From NCBI GenBank assembly GCA_030432115.1, contig JAUIHY010000001.1:1-61290 (forward strand): DNA of 61,290 nt. The letters run 5' to 3'. A program made the position numbers and the translations under genes. How positions within the stretch are numbered: the first letter of the stretch is position 1; every line of letters begins with the position of its first letter. Of this stretch, positions 8,143 through 18,504 are shown in pieces. Below the pieces are notes generated by a model that did not search any database, was not told where the DNA came from, and saw only the letters and a program-made list of their open reading frames with translations. The stretch comes from Gammaproteobacteria bacterium. GTDB taxonomy: Bacteria; Pseudomonadota; Gammaproteobacteria; Xanthomonadales; Marinicellaceae.

Positions 8143-9852
8143 ATGCGCACTTCTTTTTTACTGACCTTATTGTTTGCCTCATGCACAGTCATGGCCTGCT
8201 TTACCCCTGACCGCTCTATCGAGCTAAAGAAAGCATACCCTGACTGGGGCTTCAGCAAAATGATGCATGAAATGCACAATCAAAAATACACAGGATACCA
8301 ATTCAAAGGAAGAAAAAACTGCCAAAATGGCAAAGCAGATATTTATGACTGCCACAATGTGGATTTGATAGGTCATTTGAACTTGAATGAGATAGGTGGT
8401 GGACAAGGTTCTGACAGCTGGGGCTGGAAAGACCAAAACTCGGGGCGCTACTTTGCCTTGGTGGGTCGATCCAATGGCACTTCTTTTGTTGAAATCACCA
8501 ACCCAGAGTCACCCAAATATTTAGGCAATTTACCCAGCACCAATGGTACATCCAGTGCTTGGCGCGATGTCAAAACTTATCAAAATTATGCCTATGTGGT
8601 TGCCGATGACATAAATGATCATGGCATGCAAGTCTTTGATTTGAATCAGTTACTCAACCTATCAGGCGATGCCAAAACATTTTCACCCTTGACCGTTTAC
8701 CGACAACAAGGCTTGCAAAGTGCTCACAACATCCACATCAATGAAGCCACAGGTTTTGCTTATGTCATTGGTGGCAACGTGTGTGCCGGTGGATTACATG
8801 TGGTTGATATCAACACGCCCAACAACCCCACTTTTTCAGCGTGTTATGACCAAGATGGTTACACCCATGATGTGCAATGTGTGGTTTATCAGGGTGCAGA
8901 CACAGCACATCAAAACAAAGAAATTTGCTTTGCCAGCAATGAAGACACGTTAACCATAGTGGATGTAAGCAACAAACAAAACATGAAACAATTGTCTCGC
9001 TTCAGCTATGCTGGCGCCAGTTATGTCCACCAAGGCTGGCTGACTCAAGACCATAACCATTTTCTGATTGATGACGAATTAGATGAATTGGGTCGTGGCC
9101 AAGGTGTTCCTGATGAGGCGCGGACCTATGTGGTGGATTTATCGGATTTGGACAACCCGGTTTTTAAAGGTTACCACCAAGCCAGTGGTAAAGCCATAGA
9201 CCACAACCAATATGTGGTGGGCAACCACAGTTACCAAGCCAATTACTCTGAAGGTTTGCGTATTTTGCAGTTGGATGATGTGTCACAAGCATCGTTTTCA
9301 GAAGTGGCCTATTTCGACACCCACCCTGACCAGCCTGCCGCCTCCAATTTCAGCGGTGCCTGGAATGTGTATCCATTCTTTGATAATGGCATGGTTTTGG
9401 TCTCGGACATCAACCGAGGGGTGTTTATTCTTAAGCCAAGCTTACCCTCCACCATTAACATTCACAATTACCACAGCGGCTTGTGGTACAACCCCGCACA
9501 AAGCGGTCATGGATTGAGTCTGGAAGTGCTGGCAGGCCAACGCATGGTGGTTTATTGGTACACCTATGACAAAGAAGGCAAGCAAATGTGGCTGGCAGGG
9601 ACAGGAACCTACCAAGACAACATCGCCACACTGGACGTGTTACATACGGACAACGCCTTGTTTCCCCCTTTGTTTTCTCCTGATGATGTGGTCAACACCC
9701 ACTGGGGTACCTTTGAAATTGAGTTCACTGGTTGTCATGACATGATTTTCCGTTGGTCATTGGAACCGGGCATCGATTTCGATCCAGGCGAAATGACCAT
9801 GACCCGCTTAACCGAAATTCCTGGGCTCAGCTGCGAAAACAACAGTAACTGA
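8143..9852 (+). CDS. Choice-of-anchor B family secreted protein (LVIVD-type propeller) with G-x-W C-terminal domain
   Basis: Signal peptide; SDSWGW, WRDVK, HGMQVFDL, YTHDVQC, HQGWLT, DDELDE, IDHNQY, GAWNVYPF; C-terminal SGLWYNPAQSGHG domain. Confidence 0.85.
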   Translation: MRTSFLLTLLFASCTVMACFTPDRSIELKKAYPDWGFSKMMHEMHNQKYTGYQFKGRKNCQNGKADIYDCHNVDLIGHLNLNEIGGGQGSDSWGWKDQNSGRYFALVGRSNGTSFVEITNPESPKYLGNLPSTNGTSSAWRDVKTYQNYAYVVADDINDHGMQVFDLNQLLNLSGDAKTFSPLTVYRQQGLQSAHNIHINEATGFAYVIGGNVCAGGLHVVDINTPNNPTFSACYDQDGYTHDVQCVVYQGADTAHQNKEICFASNEDTLTIVDVSNKQNMKQLSRFSYAGASYVHQGWLTQDHNHFLIDDELDELGRGQGVPDEARTYVVDLSDLDNPVFKGYHQASGKAIDHNQYVVGNHSYQANYSEGLRILQLDDVSQASFSEVAYFDTHPDQPAASNFSGAWNVYPFFDNGMVLVSDINRGVFILKPSLPSTINIHNYHSGLWYNPAQSGHGLSLEVLAGQRMVVYWYTYDKEGKQMWLAGTGTYQDNIATLDVLHTDNALFPPLFSPDDVVNTHWGTFEIEFTGCHDMIFRWSLEPGIDFDPGEMTMTRLTEIPGLSCENNSN

Positions 9853-9958
9853 ACCCAAACCACCGCATTCAGTGATGCAATTGGCATTTTATTCAATGTT
9901 AATTGCATTTTTTTTCACCTCATGAACAATGGTAGCAAAGTAACATTTAGAGGTGATT

Positions 9959-11692
9959 ATGAAAAAAGCGTGGATGGCAGGCTTGAGTCTGCTCAGTGGA
10001 TTGGCTGCGGCATCAGACAAACAAACATTGATTGTCTTTGATGCCTCAGGTTCGATGTGGGGACAAATTAATGGCAAAGCCAAAATCACTTTGGCCAGAC
10101 AAGCCATGGCTGACATCAGTGAACAATTAAACCAAAGCAGTACAGGTTTGATGGCTTATGGTCACCGCAGGAAAGGTGATTGTCAGGATATTGAAATGTT
10201 GGTGCCTTTGGGCAATAACAACGCCACTGAGTTACTCAACAGCGTCAACCAAATCAAACCCAAAGGCAAGACGCCCATTGCCAAGTCATTACAAATGGCC
10301 ACCGAAGCACTCAAAATCAGTGAACAAGCTGCCGAAATCATTTTGATTTCTGATGGTTTGGAAACCTGTGATTTGGATCCTTGCCAAGTGGCAGAAAATG
10401 CTGAGTCTTTGGGCATTGACTTCACCGCCCATGTGATCGGTTTTGGTTTATCCAATGAGCAGGGAAAACAACTGTCTTGCGTGGCAGACATCACCGGCGG
10501 ACAATATTTACCAGCCCAAGATGCGGCCAGTTTGGCCACCGCTTTGAATCAGGTATTGGCTGAAGCACCAACGAAACCGGAACCCGATGTTTTGCCCGAA
10601 GCCAGCATCACAGCACCTGAAACAGCGCCAGCCATAGGCACCGCTTTTTCGATTGAATGGTCAGGGCCAAGAGGTGAACACGATTACATCGACATTGTGC
10701 GCACTGATTATGACCGCGTTTATGGTGAATTGAATTATGCTTGGGCTCACCAAGGAACGCCTGCACAAATGAAAGCACCTGGCCAGCCTGGCATGTATCA
10801 ATTGCGTTATGTTTGGCAAGGACAACGCCAAAAACACGTTTTGGCCAGTGTTGAATTTGAAGTCAAAGACAGTGAAGTCAGCCTGGTGGCACCCGATGTG
10901 GTGCGTGCTGGTGAACATTTCACAGTTGAATGGCAAGGTCCCAATCAAGCCAATGACTATGTGGATCTGGTCAAAAAAGACGAACACCGAACCTATGGTG
11001 AAATCAGCTATTTTTATACCAAAGTGGGGCCAAAAGGTGAAATATTGGCACCTGCAGTCGCTGGTGAATACGACATTCGCTACATCTTAGAAGCCACCGA
11101 TGGCAGAAAAATATTACACCGCATTCCTATTCAGGTAGCAGAAAGTCAGGTCAGTTTAGCTGCACCACCTGAAGTGGAAATTGGCCAAGAGTTTGATGTT
11201 TATTGGACTGGCCCTAACAACAAAGACGGATACATTGATCTGGTTAAACGCGGAGACCACCGCACTTACGGCGAATTCAGTTACTTCTACCTCAAAGACC
11301 AACCCGAAAGCGGCACGCTCAAAGCCCATATCATTGCAGGTGAATACGACATTCGTTTTATTATGGTTGGTGGCGATGGACGAAAAATCATGGCCACTAA
11401 AGCCATCGATGTTTTACCCGTTGAGGTGCAATTATCAGCGCCTGAAAAGGCACAAGCAGGCACCAAGCTCAATGTCCAGTGGCAAGGCCCAGGCAGAAAA
11501 GGCGATTACATCGATTTGGCCAAACACAATGACAAAAGGCCATATGGTGAATTGAGTTATTTTTACACCAAAGGCAATCCAGAAAGCGGTGAGTTAACCC
11601 TACCCAAACAGCCAGGCACTTACACCATTCGCTACATCATCCAAGGGAAACAACGTGCCATCCTCGCTACGCGGGATGTTGTGGTTGAATAG
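9959..11692 (+). CDS. Secreted vWA-domain protein with four tandem Ig-like repeats
   Basis: Signal peptide; MIDAS DASGS...T...SDG; RBS GAGGTGA before ATG 9959. Confidence 0.85.
   Translation: MKKAWMAGLSLLSGLAAASDKQTLIVFDASGSMWGQINGKAKITLARQAMADISEQLNQSSTGLMAYGHRRKGDCQDIEMLVPLGNNNATELLNSVNQIKPKGKTPIAKSLQMATEALKISEQAAEIILISDGLETCDLDPCQVAENAESLGIDFTAHVIGFGLSNEQGKQLSCVADITGGQYLPAQDAASLATALNQVLAEAPTKPEPDVLPEASITAPETAPAIGTAFSIEWSGPRGEHDYIDIVRTDYDRVYGELNYAWAHQGTPAQMKAPGQPGMYQLRYVWQGQRQKHVLASVEFEVKDSEVSLVAPDVVRAGEHFTVEWQGPNQANDYVDLVKKDEHRTYGEISYFYTKVGPKGEILAPAVAGEYDIRYILEATDGRKILHRIPIQVAESQVSLAAPPEVEIGQEFDVYWTGPNNKDGYIDLVKRGDHRTYGEFSYFYLKDQPESGTLKAHIIAGEYDIRFIMVGGDGRKIMATKAIDVLPVEVQLSAPEKAQAGTKLNVQWQGPGRKGDYIDLAKHNDKRPYGELSYFYTKGNPESGELTLPKQPGTYTIRYIIQGKQRAILATRDVVVE
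10601..11689 (+). repeat. Four ~92-aa protein repeats (AP...WxGP...YIDLV...RxYGExxY...GxYxIR); bounds approximate
   Basis: Visible by aligning the translated C-terminal region. Confidence 0.8.
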
Positions 11693-11715
11693 TTTTATTG
11701 GACAAAATAATGGCC

Positions 11716-11755
11716 AAAAAAAAGCCCCGAACAACACAATGTTCGGGGCTTTTTT
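11716..11755. terminator. Bidirectional intrinsic terminator
   Basis: A-run, GCCCCGAACA/TGTTCGGGGC stem, T-run, between convergent genes. Confidence 0.9.
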
Positions 11756-11770
11756 ATTCTAGCTAAAGAC

Positions 11771-13945
11771 TTATTTCTTTTCAGGAACCGGGAAGCCTCG
11801 ATCTCGCATCAAGGCATCGATGCTGGCATCACGACCTCGGAACTTGCGGTAAGCTTCGGCTGGGTCCATGGCATTACGAGGAGCGAACAGGTATTTCACC
11901 AGTTTGGCCGCCACGTCTTTGTCATAGAAACCACCCGGTGCTTCTTTGAACGCTTCAGCAGCATCCGAAGTCAACACATCAGCCCACATATACCCATAGT
12001 AAGCGGTGGCATAGCCTTCACCTGAGAACACGTGACCAAAGTGAGGTGTGCGGTGGCGCATCACCAACTCTTTGGGCATGTTCAAAGCGGCCAATGTTTC
12101 GCGTTCGAATTTATCAGGATTGATGCCTTCAGGATCGGCCAAATGGAATTTCATGTCCATCAAGGCAGATGCCAAGTATTCTGTGGTGGCAAAACCTTGA
12201 TTGAAGGTCGCTGCTTTTTTGATTTTAGCAATCAAAGATTTAGGGATCACTTCGCCTGTTTTGCTGTGTTTCAGGTATTTGTTGATCACTTCGTCTGTTG
12301 ACAACCAACGCTCCAACAACTGTGATTGGAATTCTGTGTAATCACGAACACCACCGTTCAAGCTGGGGTAACGCACATTCGATGCCAAGGCGTGCAAGGC
12401 GTGACCAAACTCATGGAAGAAGGTGTTGGCATCGTCCCAAGAAACCAACAAGGCTTCACCCGGAGCGGGTTTGATGAAATTGGAATTGTTCGATGACAAA
12501 ACGGTTTGTTTGCCGTTGTAAGTTTCATGTGAACGGTAAGAAGTGGCCCAAGCGCCTGAACGCTTGCCTTGACGCGCATAAGGGTCCAAATACCACAAAC
12601 CGATGTGCTCACCCGATGTTTTGTCGGTCACTTCCCAAACATTCACGTCTTCGTGGAACACTGGTACTTTGCCTTTTTCAATGGCAGTGAATTTGAAGTT
12701 GAACAACTCACCAGCAACATAAAACATCGCTTCGGTCAGGTTGTCCAGCTGCAAATACTGCTTCACTTCATTTGAATCTAGGTCGTACTTTTTCTTGCGC
12801 ACTTTTTCTGCGTAGTAACGATAATCCCATGGTTCAATGGTGATGCCATGTTTCAGTTCATCGGCCACCGTTTGCATGTCGGCGACTTCTTCTTTAACAC
12901 GGGCAATGGCAGCAGGCCATACCGCTTCCATCAGTTTCATGGCGTTTTCTGGTGTTTTCGCCATGCGGTTTTGTAAACGCCACTCGGCGTAGTTTTTGTG
13001 GCCCAATAAACCGACGCGTTCTTTGCGCAGCTTCAGGATTTTGGCAATCAATTCGTTGTTGTCATACTCATCACCATTGTCACCGCGAGAGTAATAGTTA
13101 GTCCAAATGGTTTTGCGCAGTTCACGTTCATCAGAAAAGGTCAAAAACGGGTCCATGGACGAACGGGTGTTGGTCACTGCATACATGCCTTCTTTGCCTT
13201 TGTCGGCTGCTGCTTTGGCCGCTGCCTTAACAAATGATTCTGGCAAACCTGATAATTGGTCTTTGGTCAAAAAGGTGACATAGCCTTCTTCATCGTGCAA
13301 GACATTGTTCGAAAACTGGGTGTACATACCAGATAGTTCTTTGGCGATTTCGGCATACCGCTTCTGCTTTTCTGGTGATAAGTCTGCACCATTCATGGCA
13401 AAACCTTCATAGGTGGTCAACGTCAATCGTTGCTGATCTGGATCCAATGGTGTTTTCAAAGCATCTTCATAGACTTTCTTCACGCGGGCGAAAAGCTTTT
13501 TGTTTTGAGAAATTTTTGAAGACATTTCTGAAAACTTGGGTGACAATTCCATTTGCAGTTTGCGCACTTCCATGCTCGACATGTTGCTGCTCCAAATACC
13601 GAAGTAAGTGAAGGCACGACCTAATTTTTCGCCTGTAGACTCCATCGCCACAATGGTGTTTTCAAAAGTGGCAGGCTCAGGGTTGTTGGCAATTTTGTCG
13701 TAATCTGCCAAATTTTCTGCCATGGCGATTTTGAATGCTTCGCGGGCATCAGCAATGTCCATTTTATCGAAAGCCGGCACACCGCCATAAGGACCAGTCC
13801 ATTCTGCCAACAAAGGGTTGACCTCTTGAACCTGAACCGTTTCTTGGACCTGATTCTCTTTCGCTGAAACGGGTGCAACACCAAAAGACAATGCCAGAGC
13901 CAGCGACAAGCCAGCAACCAGACTGTGTTTTTTCAAAGTTTTCAT
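11771..13945 (-). CDS. dcp: M3 family metallopeptidase (peptidyl-dipeptidase Dcp-like), exported
   Basis: FHEFGHALH; GKRSGAW; FGHVFSGEGY; signal peptide from ATG 13945 with RBS GAGGA. Confidence 0.85.
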   Translation of the reverse strand: MKTLKKHSLVAGLSLALALSFGVAPVSAKENQVQETVQVQEVNPLLAEWTGPYGGVPAFDKMDIADAREAFKIAMAENLADYDKIANNPEPATFENTIVAMESTGEKLGRAFTYFGIWSSNMSSMEVRKLQMELSPKFSEMSSKISQNKKLFARVKKVYEDALKTPLDPDQQRLTLTTYEGFAMNGADLSPEKQKRYAEIAKELSGMYTQFSNNVLHDEEGYVTFLTKDQLSGLPESFVKAAAKAAADKGKEGMYAVTNTRSSMDPFLTFSDERELRKTIWTNYYSRGDNGDEYDNNELIAKILKLRKERVGLLGHKNYAEWRLQNRMAKTPENAMKLMEAVWPAAIARVKEEVADMQTVADELKHGITIEPWDYRYYAEKVRKKKYDLDSNEVKQYLQLDNLTEAMFYVAGELFNFKFTAIEKGKVPVFHEDVNVWEVTDKTSGEHIGLWYLDPYARQGKRSGAWATSYRSHETYNGKQTVLSSNNSNFIKPAPGEALLVSWDDANTFFHEFGHALHALASNVRYPSLNGGVRDYTEFQSQLLERWLSTDEVINKYLKHSKTGEVIPKSLIAKIKKAATFNQGFATTEYLASALMDMKFHLADPEGINPDKFERETLAALNMPKELVMRHRTPHFGHVFSGEGYATAYYGYMWADVLTSDAAEAFKEAPGGFYDKDVAAKLVKYLFAPRNAMDPAEAYRKFRGRDASIDALMRDRGFPVPEKK

Positions 13946-14114
13946 ATCTATCCTCTTAAAAAATTTGGCAACCATGATGCCCAAAGCCCTGTGCTTTGTT
14001 AAGTACCAAAAGTCATGCTCGAATTGTACTGGAGGCTAAAGAATCAAAGCAGTTTATTATTAGTCACTGTCATACTGCCATTCAAGTATTGGCTTTTAAA
14101 GAGTAAATGAGGTT

Positions 14115-15305
14115 TTAATTGTGGCTTTTGGTTTTGGATTTCATGACATCGTATTTGGTTTGATACACCGACACCATTTGCCCATTGTGGGCATTTTCTA
14201 TAGCCTGCCTGATGGCAGCTATGGCTTTGTGGGTGCGGCCAAGAAAGAAATTGGCCTTGGCCAAACCAGCATATGGTTGGTGCAAGTAGTCCGCTTTCTG
14301 AATGGCTTTTTCATAATAACGAATCGCACGAATGTAGTTTTCGTTCTTCAATTCTTGGTCAGCCAGATCCAACCACTTGAACGGATCTGGGTCATCGTAA
14401 TCATCTAAAATAGTGGCAATTTCCAATGCTTTTGCTGTGCGGTTATTTCTTTCCAGAAGTTTATGGTAATTGTTCAGCATTTCTAATTGATCATGGCCAA
14501 ATGACAAACCATGTTCAAACAAGCGTTCCGCATAATTCGCATGGCCCATTCGGCCGTATAAGACTCCCAGCATGTTGATGGCCACCAAATTATCAGGATC
14601 TAATTGGATGGCTTCTTTTAAATGCCAATACGCCGATTTCATTTCGCCGTCGATCATGGCTTCGGCGGCTCGGTTGCTATAAAACATGGCATAAAACTCG
14701 TCTTTATTGACCTTTCGCAATGTCCGTGAGCCCAAGGTTGAAAAATAATCGATTTTAATCTTTAGGTCCTTGCTTGAATAATAAGGTGAATACCTTTGGT
14801 TTTTATCAAATATAACCGTCCTGATGTGCTGGGAATTCAATAAAAAACCATTTTCCCTTTGGAACACTCCCGGTGTTTTGGCCAGTTCGTATTGAATCCC
14901 AACATTATTCATTTTTGCCAAAGCTTTGGTCAATATGGCCAGTGACAAGCAATTGCCTGCGTTTTGATCCAGTGCCTCATGGGCAATCAAAGTTTTGGAG
15001 TAAAAATTAAAATGATGGAGCTGGGTTTTTAGGAATTGATAGACTTGCTGGCTGGGTGACAGGTTCCTGTAATCTGCGGAACGAAATAAACGCTTGATGT
15101 CTTCTTTTTGTTTGGGTGTTAAGTCAAAAACTTCATCTTGACTCAACAACACGCTGGGCTTACCCATGACTTGGTCATTAAATAAGGCTTGAGGCTGATA
15201 TTGTTGATCAATTTTGTAGGTTTTTACTGAAGTGCAAGCGGTCAATACCCAGAAAAAAATTAAGGGTAAAAGGCTTTGATTTATGTGCTTGCAGGATGCC
15301 TTCAT
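14115..15305 (-). CDS. TPR-repeat lipoprotein with transglutaminase-like N-domain
   Basis: Lipobox LTAC; GNCLSLA; C-terminal TPR helices. Start uncertain (15305 or 15341). Confidence 0.7.
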   Translation of the reverse strand: MKASCKHINQSLLPLIFFWVLTACTSVKTYKIDQQYQPQALFNDQVMGKPSVLLSQDEVFDLTPKQKEDIKRLFRSADYRNLSPSQQVYQFLKTQLHHFNFYSKTLIAHEALDQNAGNCLSLAILTKALAKMNNVGIQYELAKTPGVFQRENGFLLNSQHIRTVIFDKNQRYSPYYSSKDLKIKIDYFSTLGSRTLRKVNKDEFYAMFYSNRAAEAMIDGEMKSAYWHLKEAIQLDPDNLVAINMLGVLYGRMGHANYAERLFEHGLSFGHDQLEMLNNYHKLLERNNRTAKALEIATILDDYDDPDPFKWLDLADQELKNENYIRAIRYYEKAIQKADYLHQPYAGLAKANFFLGRTHKAIAAIRQAIENAHNGQMVSVYQTKYDVMKSKTKSHN

Positions 15306-15331
15306 CCTATTTATTATAAACCAAATGATTG

Positions 15332-16042
15332 TTATTGGCAATGGTCTAAAAAATGTTGAATCAAGCTGTGGTTGTTTTCTGTTTCACTTTTTGTAGGCAC
15401 CATGGCGGGAACATCAAATGCTTCAGCTTTTAGGTCAGTCAATCGGTCTTTGATGTATGCCTGCATGATGAGGCCATTCCATTCTGGGTGAAATTGGACA
15501 CCATACACATGCTTTTGGTACCGAAACACATGGTTTTGGTCTTTTTCACTGCTTGCCAACCTGGCACAACTTGTTGGCAATGCCAGTACCGACTGTAAAT
15601 GTGATACCCACGTGGAAAATGAAGCTTGTTCTGACCCATTGAATAATGGATCTTTCACGCCTTCTGCTGTCAATGTACAAACACTGCGTCCCATGCTCCT
15701 GCCCAATGGGTTGTAATCCACATGGCCACCCAGCAGGTCTGCCAGTAATTGGTGGCCAAAACAGACACCCAAGGTGGGGATGTCTTCTATGCATAGTGAC
15801 AGCCAATGCTGGGTTTCGCGCATCCATCTCTGCTGCGCTGTCACCATGGCAGCAGAACCGGTGATGATGATGTGACTGTACGAGTCTTGAGCCGCCTCTT
15901 GGTCTGGTAATGGCTCACCTCTATGCACATGAATGGTTTGACTGGATCGGTTTGGAATTGCTTGCTTGAACCAATCATCAAAATTACCGTACTGGCGAGC
16001 AGAAATGGTGGCATCACCCGTTTGTATGATCAGCACCGTCAT
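15332..16042 (-). CDS. Class I glutamine amidotransferase
   Basis: IITGS, LGVCFGHQLL, GVQFHPE. Confidence 0.9.
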   Translation of the reverse strand: MTVLIIQTGDATISARQYGNFDDWFKQAIPNRSSQTIHVHRGEPLPDQEAAQDSYSHIIITGSAAMVTAQQRWMRETQHWLSLCIEDIPTLGVCFGHQLLADLLGGHVDYNPLGRSMGRSVCTLTAEGVKDPLFNGSEQASFSTWVSHLQSVLALPTSCARLASSEKDQNHVFRYQKHVYGVQFHPEWNGLIMQAYIKDRLTDLKAEAFDVPAMVPTKSETENNHSLIQHFLDHCQ

Positions 16043-16049
16043 GCCCGTC

Positions 16050-17819
16050 TCAATGGGTGGAAGGCGGGGCAATGCGAATCGCTTCCTCTAATGAAGTGCT
16101 GCCTTCTTTGAGTAATTTGGCCATCCCAATCCGCAATGGCAACATCCCTTGCTGGAAAGCAGCGGCTGTCAGTTTCTCTGAGGGTATCTCTGATTTAATC
16201 AAAGTCCTGATGTTGCCCTTGATGGGCATCATTTCAAAAACCCCTGAACGACCATGGTATCCGGTGTTTCTGCACTCATCACAACCTTTGGCTTGGTACA
16301 ATTTTTCAGGGGGACTGATGTCCCAAGGGTGAACCATAGAGACCCACTTTTCCGCATCTACCTTGGTTGGCGTTTTACAATGAGGGCAGAGTAGCCGTAT
16401 CAATCTTTGGGCTATCACCCCTGCCAAGGTACTGCGCAATAAATAATCAGGCACGCCCAAATCCAACAATCGATTGATGGCAGAAGGCGCGTCATTGGTG
16501 TGCAAGGTGGACAGCACCAAATGACCGGTTAATGAAGCTTGAACCGCCATGGTGGCCGTTTCTAAATCGCGTATCTCACCTATCATGATGATGTCCGGAT
16601 CTTGGCGCAGCAGTGTCCGCACACCGTCTGAAAAGTGCAGATCAATTTTCGGATTAACTTGCATTTGATTCAAAATGGGTACCACCATTTCAATCGGATC
16701 TTCCACCGTTGACACATTCACATCAGGGGTGGCCAATTGTTTTAATGTGGAATACAAAGTCGTGGTTTTACCCGAACCTGTTGGACCTGTGACCAAGACT
16801 ATGCCATGAGGTCGATCGATCATCTCACGCCAAGCCGCCGCTTCTTCAACACTGAATCCCAAATCCTGATAGTTAATCACCACCGCATCTGGATCAAAAA
16901 TACGCATCACGCATTTTTCTCCAAAAGTGGTTGGCATGGTGGACACACGCAGTTCAATTTCACGATCACCTTCTGACAGGGTTTTGATGCGGCCATCTTG
17001 TGGTCGGCGCTTTTCTGCCACGTCAATGCGTGCCAATATTTTGATTCGGCTGGTTACCGCCGCCATCACAGCCGGTGGTAAGTCATAAACTTGCATCAAA
17101 CGACCATCCACCCTGAACCTGACCATGCCATTGTCCCGCTTGGGTTCTAAATGGATATCACTGGCCCGCTGATCAAAAGCATATTGAAGCAACCAATCCA
17201 CCAAACCGATCACATGTTGGTCATCGGCATTGATGTCTTTCTTGCTGCCCAGCTTGACCAATTGCTCTAAATTCAGAACGGGGTCAATCGATTTTTTGGC
17301 ATGCCGTTTCTTGGCACTTTGCACCTGTTTGTTGACGCCATAAAATTCATACAACAGGCGCTGAATGTCTATCGGGTTGGCATGGATGCGTTTGATTTCT
17401 TGGCGGTGTATTTTATTCAAATCCGCCATCCAAGAAGTGTTCAATGGATTGGCAACAGCTATGGTGATGCTATGCGGTGTCACCTCAATGGGTAAAATCT
17501 GGTGCTGTCTGGCGTAGGCTTGCGAAATCACCTGTGTGACTTGATTGACATTGACCTTGGTGGGGTCAATTTTCAAATAGGGCATGTCATGGGTTTTTGC
17601 CACCCACCGGGTGATGAACTCCATGGTGATGGGCTTTTGATTGCGTTGATTGATTAATTTGTTATCAACGATGGCAACATAGGGGTGTACTGATGCCGAT
17701 GCCACCGTGGCTTTTTCCAACAAGGTAATGAAATCTTTTTGACTGATGATATTGGCTTGTAACCACTGCTTTGCAATGGCTGCCATAAAGGTGTTTTTTA
17801 TCGAGTTATTTTCAGTCAT
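16050..17819 (-). CDS. GspE/PulE/PilB family secretion ATPase
   Basis: ASDIHLEP, RRPQDGR, GPTGSGKTTTLY, EDPIE, LRQDPDIIMIGEIRD, TGHLVLSTLHTND, two CxxC motifs. Confidence 0.92.
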   Translation of the reverse strand: MTENNSIKNTFMAAIAKQWLQANIISQKDFITLLEKATVASASVHPYVAIVDNKLINQRNQKPITMEFITRWVAKTHDMPYLKIDPTKVNVNQVTQVISQAYARQHQILPIEVTPHSITIAVANPLNTSWMADLNKIHRQEIKRIHANPIDIQRLLYEFYGVNKQVQSAKKRHAKKSIDPVLNLEQLVKLGSKKDINADDQHVIGLVDWLLQYAFDQRASDIHLEPKRDNGMVRFRVDGRLMQVYDLPPAVMAAVTSRIKILARIDVAEKRRPQDGRIKTLSEGDREIELRVSTMPTTFGEKCVMRIFDPDAVVINYQDLGFSVEEAAAWREMIDRPHGIVLVTGPTGSGKTTTLYSTLKQLATPDVNVSTVEDPIEMVVPILNQMQVNPKIDLHFSDGVRTLLRQDPDIIMIGEIRDLETATMAVQASLTGHLVLSTLHTNDAPSAINRLLDLGVPDYLLRSTLAGVIAQRLIRLLCPHCKTPTKVDAEKWVSMVHPWDISPPEKLYQAKGCDECRNTGYHGRSGVFEMMPIKGNIRTLIKSEIPSEKLTAAAFQQGMLPLRIGMAKLLKEGSTSLEEAIRIAPPSTH

Positions 17820-18504
17820 CAAACAGTCTTTGTAGATTTTTGTCATTCAGTATTGTAGCGGATTCACCAGCCAGATAACAATCTTTCGCCAAAAGCAACA
17901 ACACATGCGTGCAATGGGCCTGGATGGCGGTCACATCATGACAAACCATCACCACCGATTGATGTTGACTTTGTTTGACCAATAAACGCATTAAAAACTG
18001 TTGGTAAACACAATCCAAGTGATTAAGTGGCTCATCGAGGATCAGGTGTGGGCTTTTTTGTGCCAAACAGGTGGCCAATTCCACCTTCCGTCGCTCACCT
18101 CCAGATAAGTGCAACAAAGAACGGTCTTTTAAGTGGCTGATTTTTAACATGGTCATCAATTCATCCACTGCCTCAGCCTCATTGTGCTTGGCTTGCCAAG
18201 CAAACTGGCCCATGGCTATGGCCTGTGAGACCGAGCAATCCAAACAAGGCTCTTGGATTTGAAGCAGGTAACTGATTTGCCTGGCTCGTGCTTGGATATC
18301 AATGGCTTCCAATGGCATGCCGTCAATGTGTATCGACTGATTGCGGGATGGCAATAAGCCTGCCATTTGATGTAACAAGGTGGTTTTGCCCAATCCATTG
18401 CGACCCAATATGCCCCAAAACTGACCTTTTTCAAAAGTCACATCCAAACCCTGAAGCAACACCTTTTCATCACGAATCACGTCCAATTGCTTAATACTGA
18501 TCAT
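17812..18504 (-). CDS. ABC transporter ATP-binding protein (FecE/BtuD-like)
   Basis: GRNGLGKT, LSGGE, LILDEP; ATGA-coupled to the permease. Confidence 0.9.
   Translation of the reverse strand: MISIKQLDVIRDEKVLLQGLDVTFEKGQFWGILGRNGLGKTTLLHQMAGLLPSRNQSIHIDGMPLEAIDIQARARQISYLLQIQEPCLDCSVSQAIAMGQFAWQAKHNEAEAVDELMTMLKISHLKDRSLLHLSGGERRKVELATCLAQKSPHLILDEPLNHLDCVYQQFLMRLLVKQSQHQSVVMVCHDVTAIQAHCTHVLLLLAKDCYLAGESATILNDKNLQRLFDD

Noticed and set aside
7989-8279. 96-aa minus-strand ORF and the many other short overlapping ORFs in the track
   Set aside because: They overlap well-supported genes or regulatory DNA and have no recognisable motifs.
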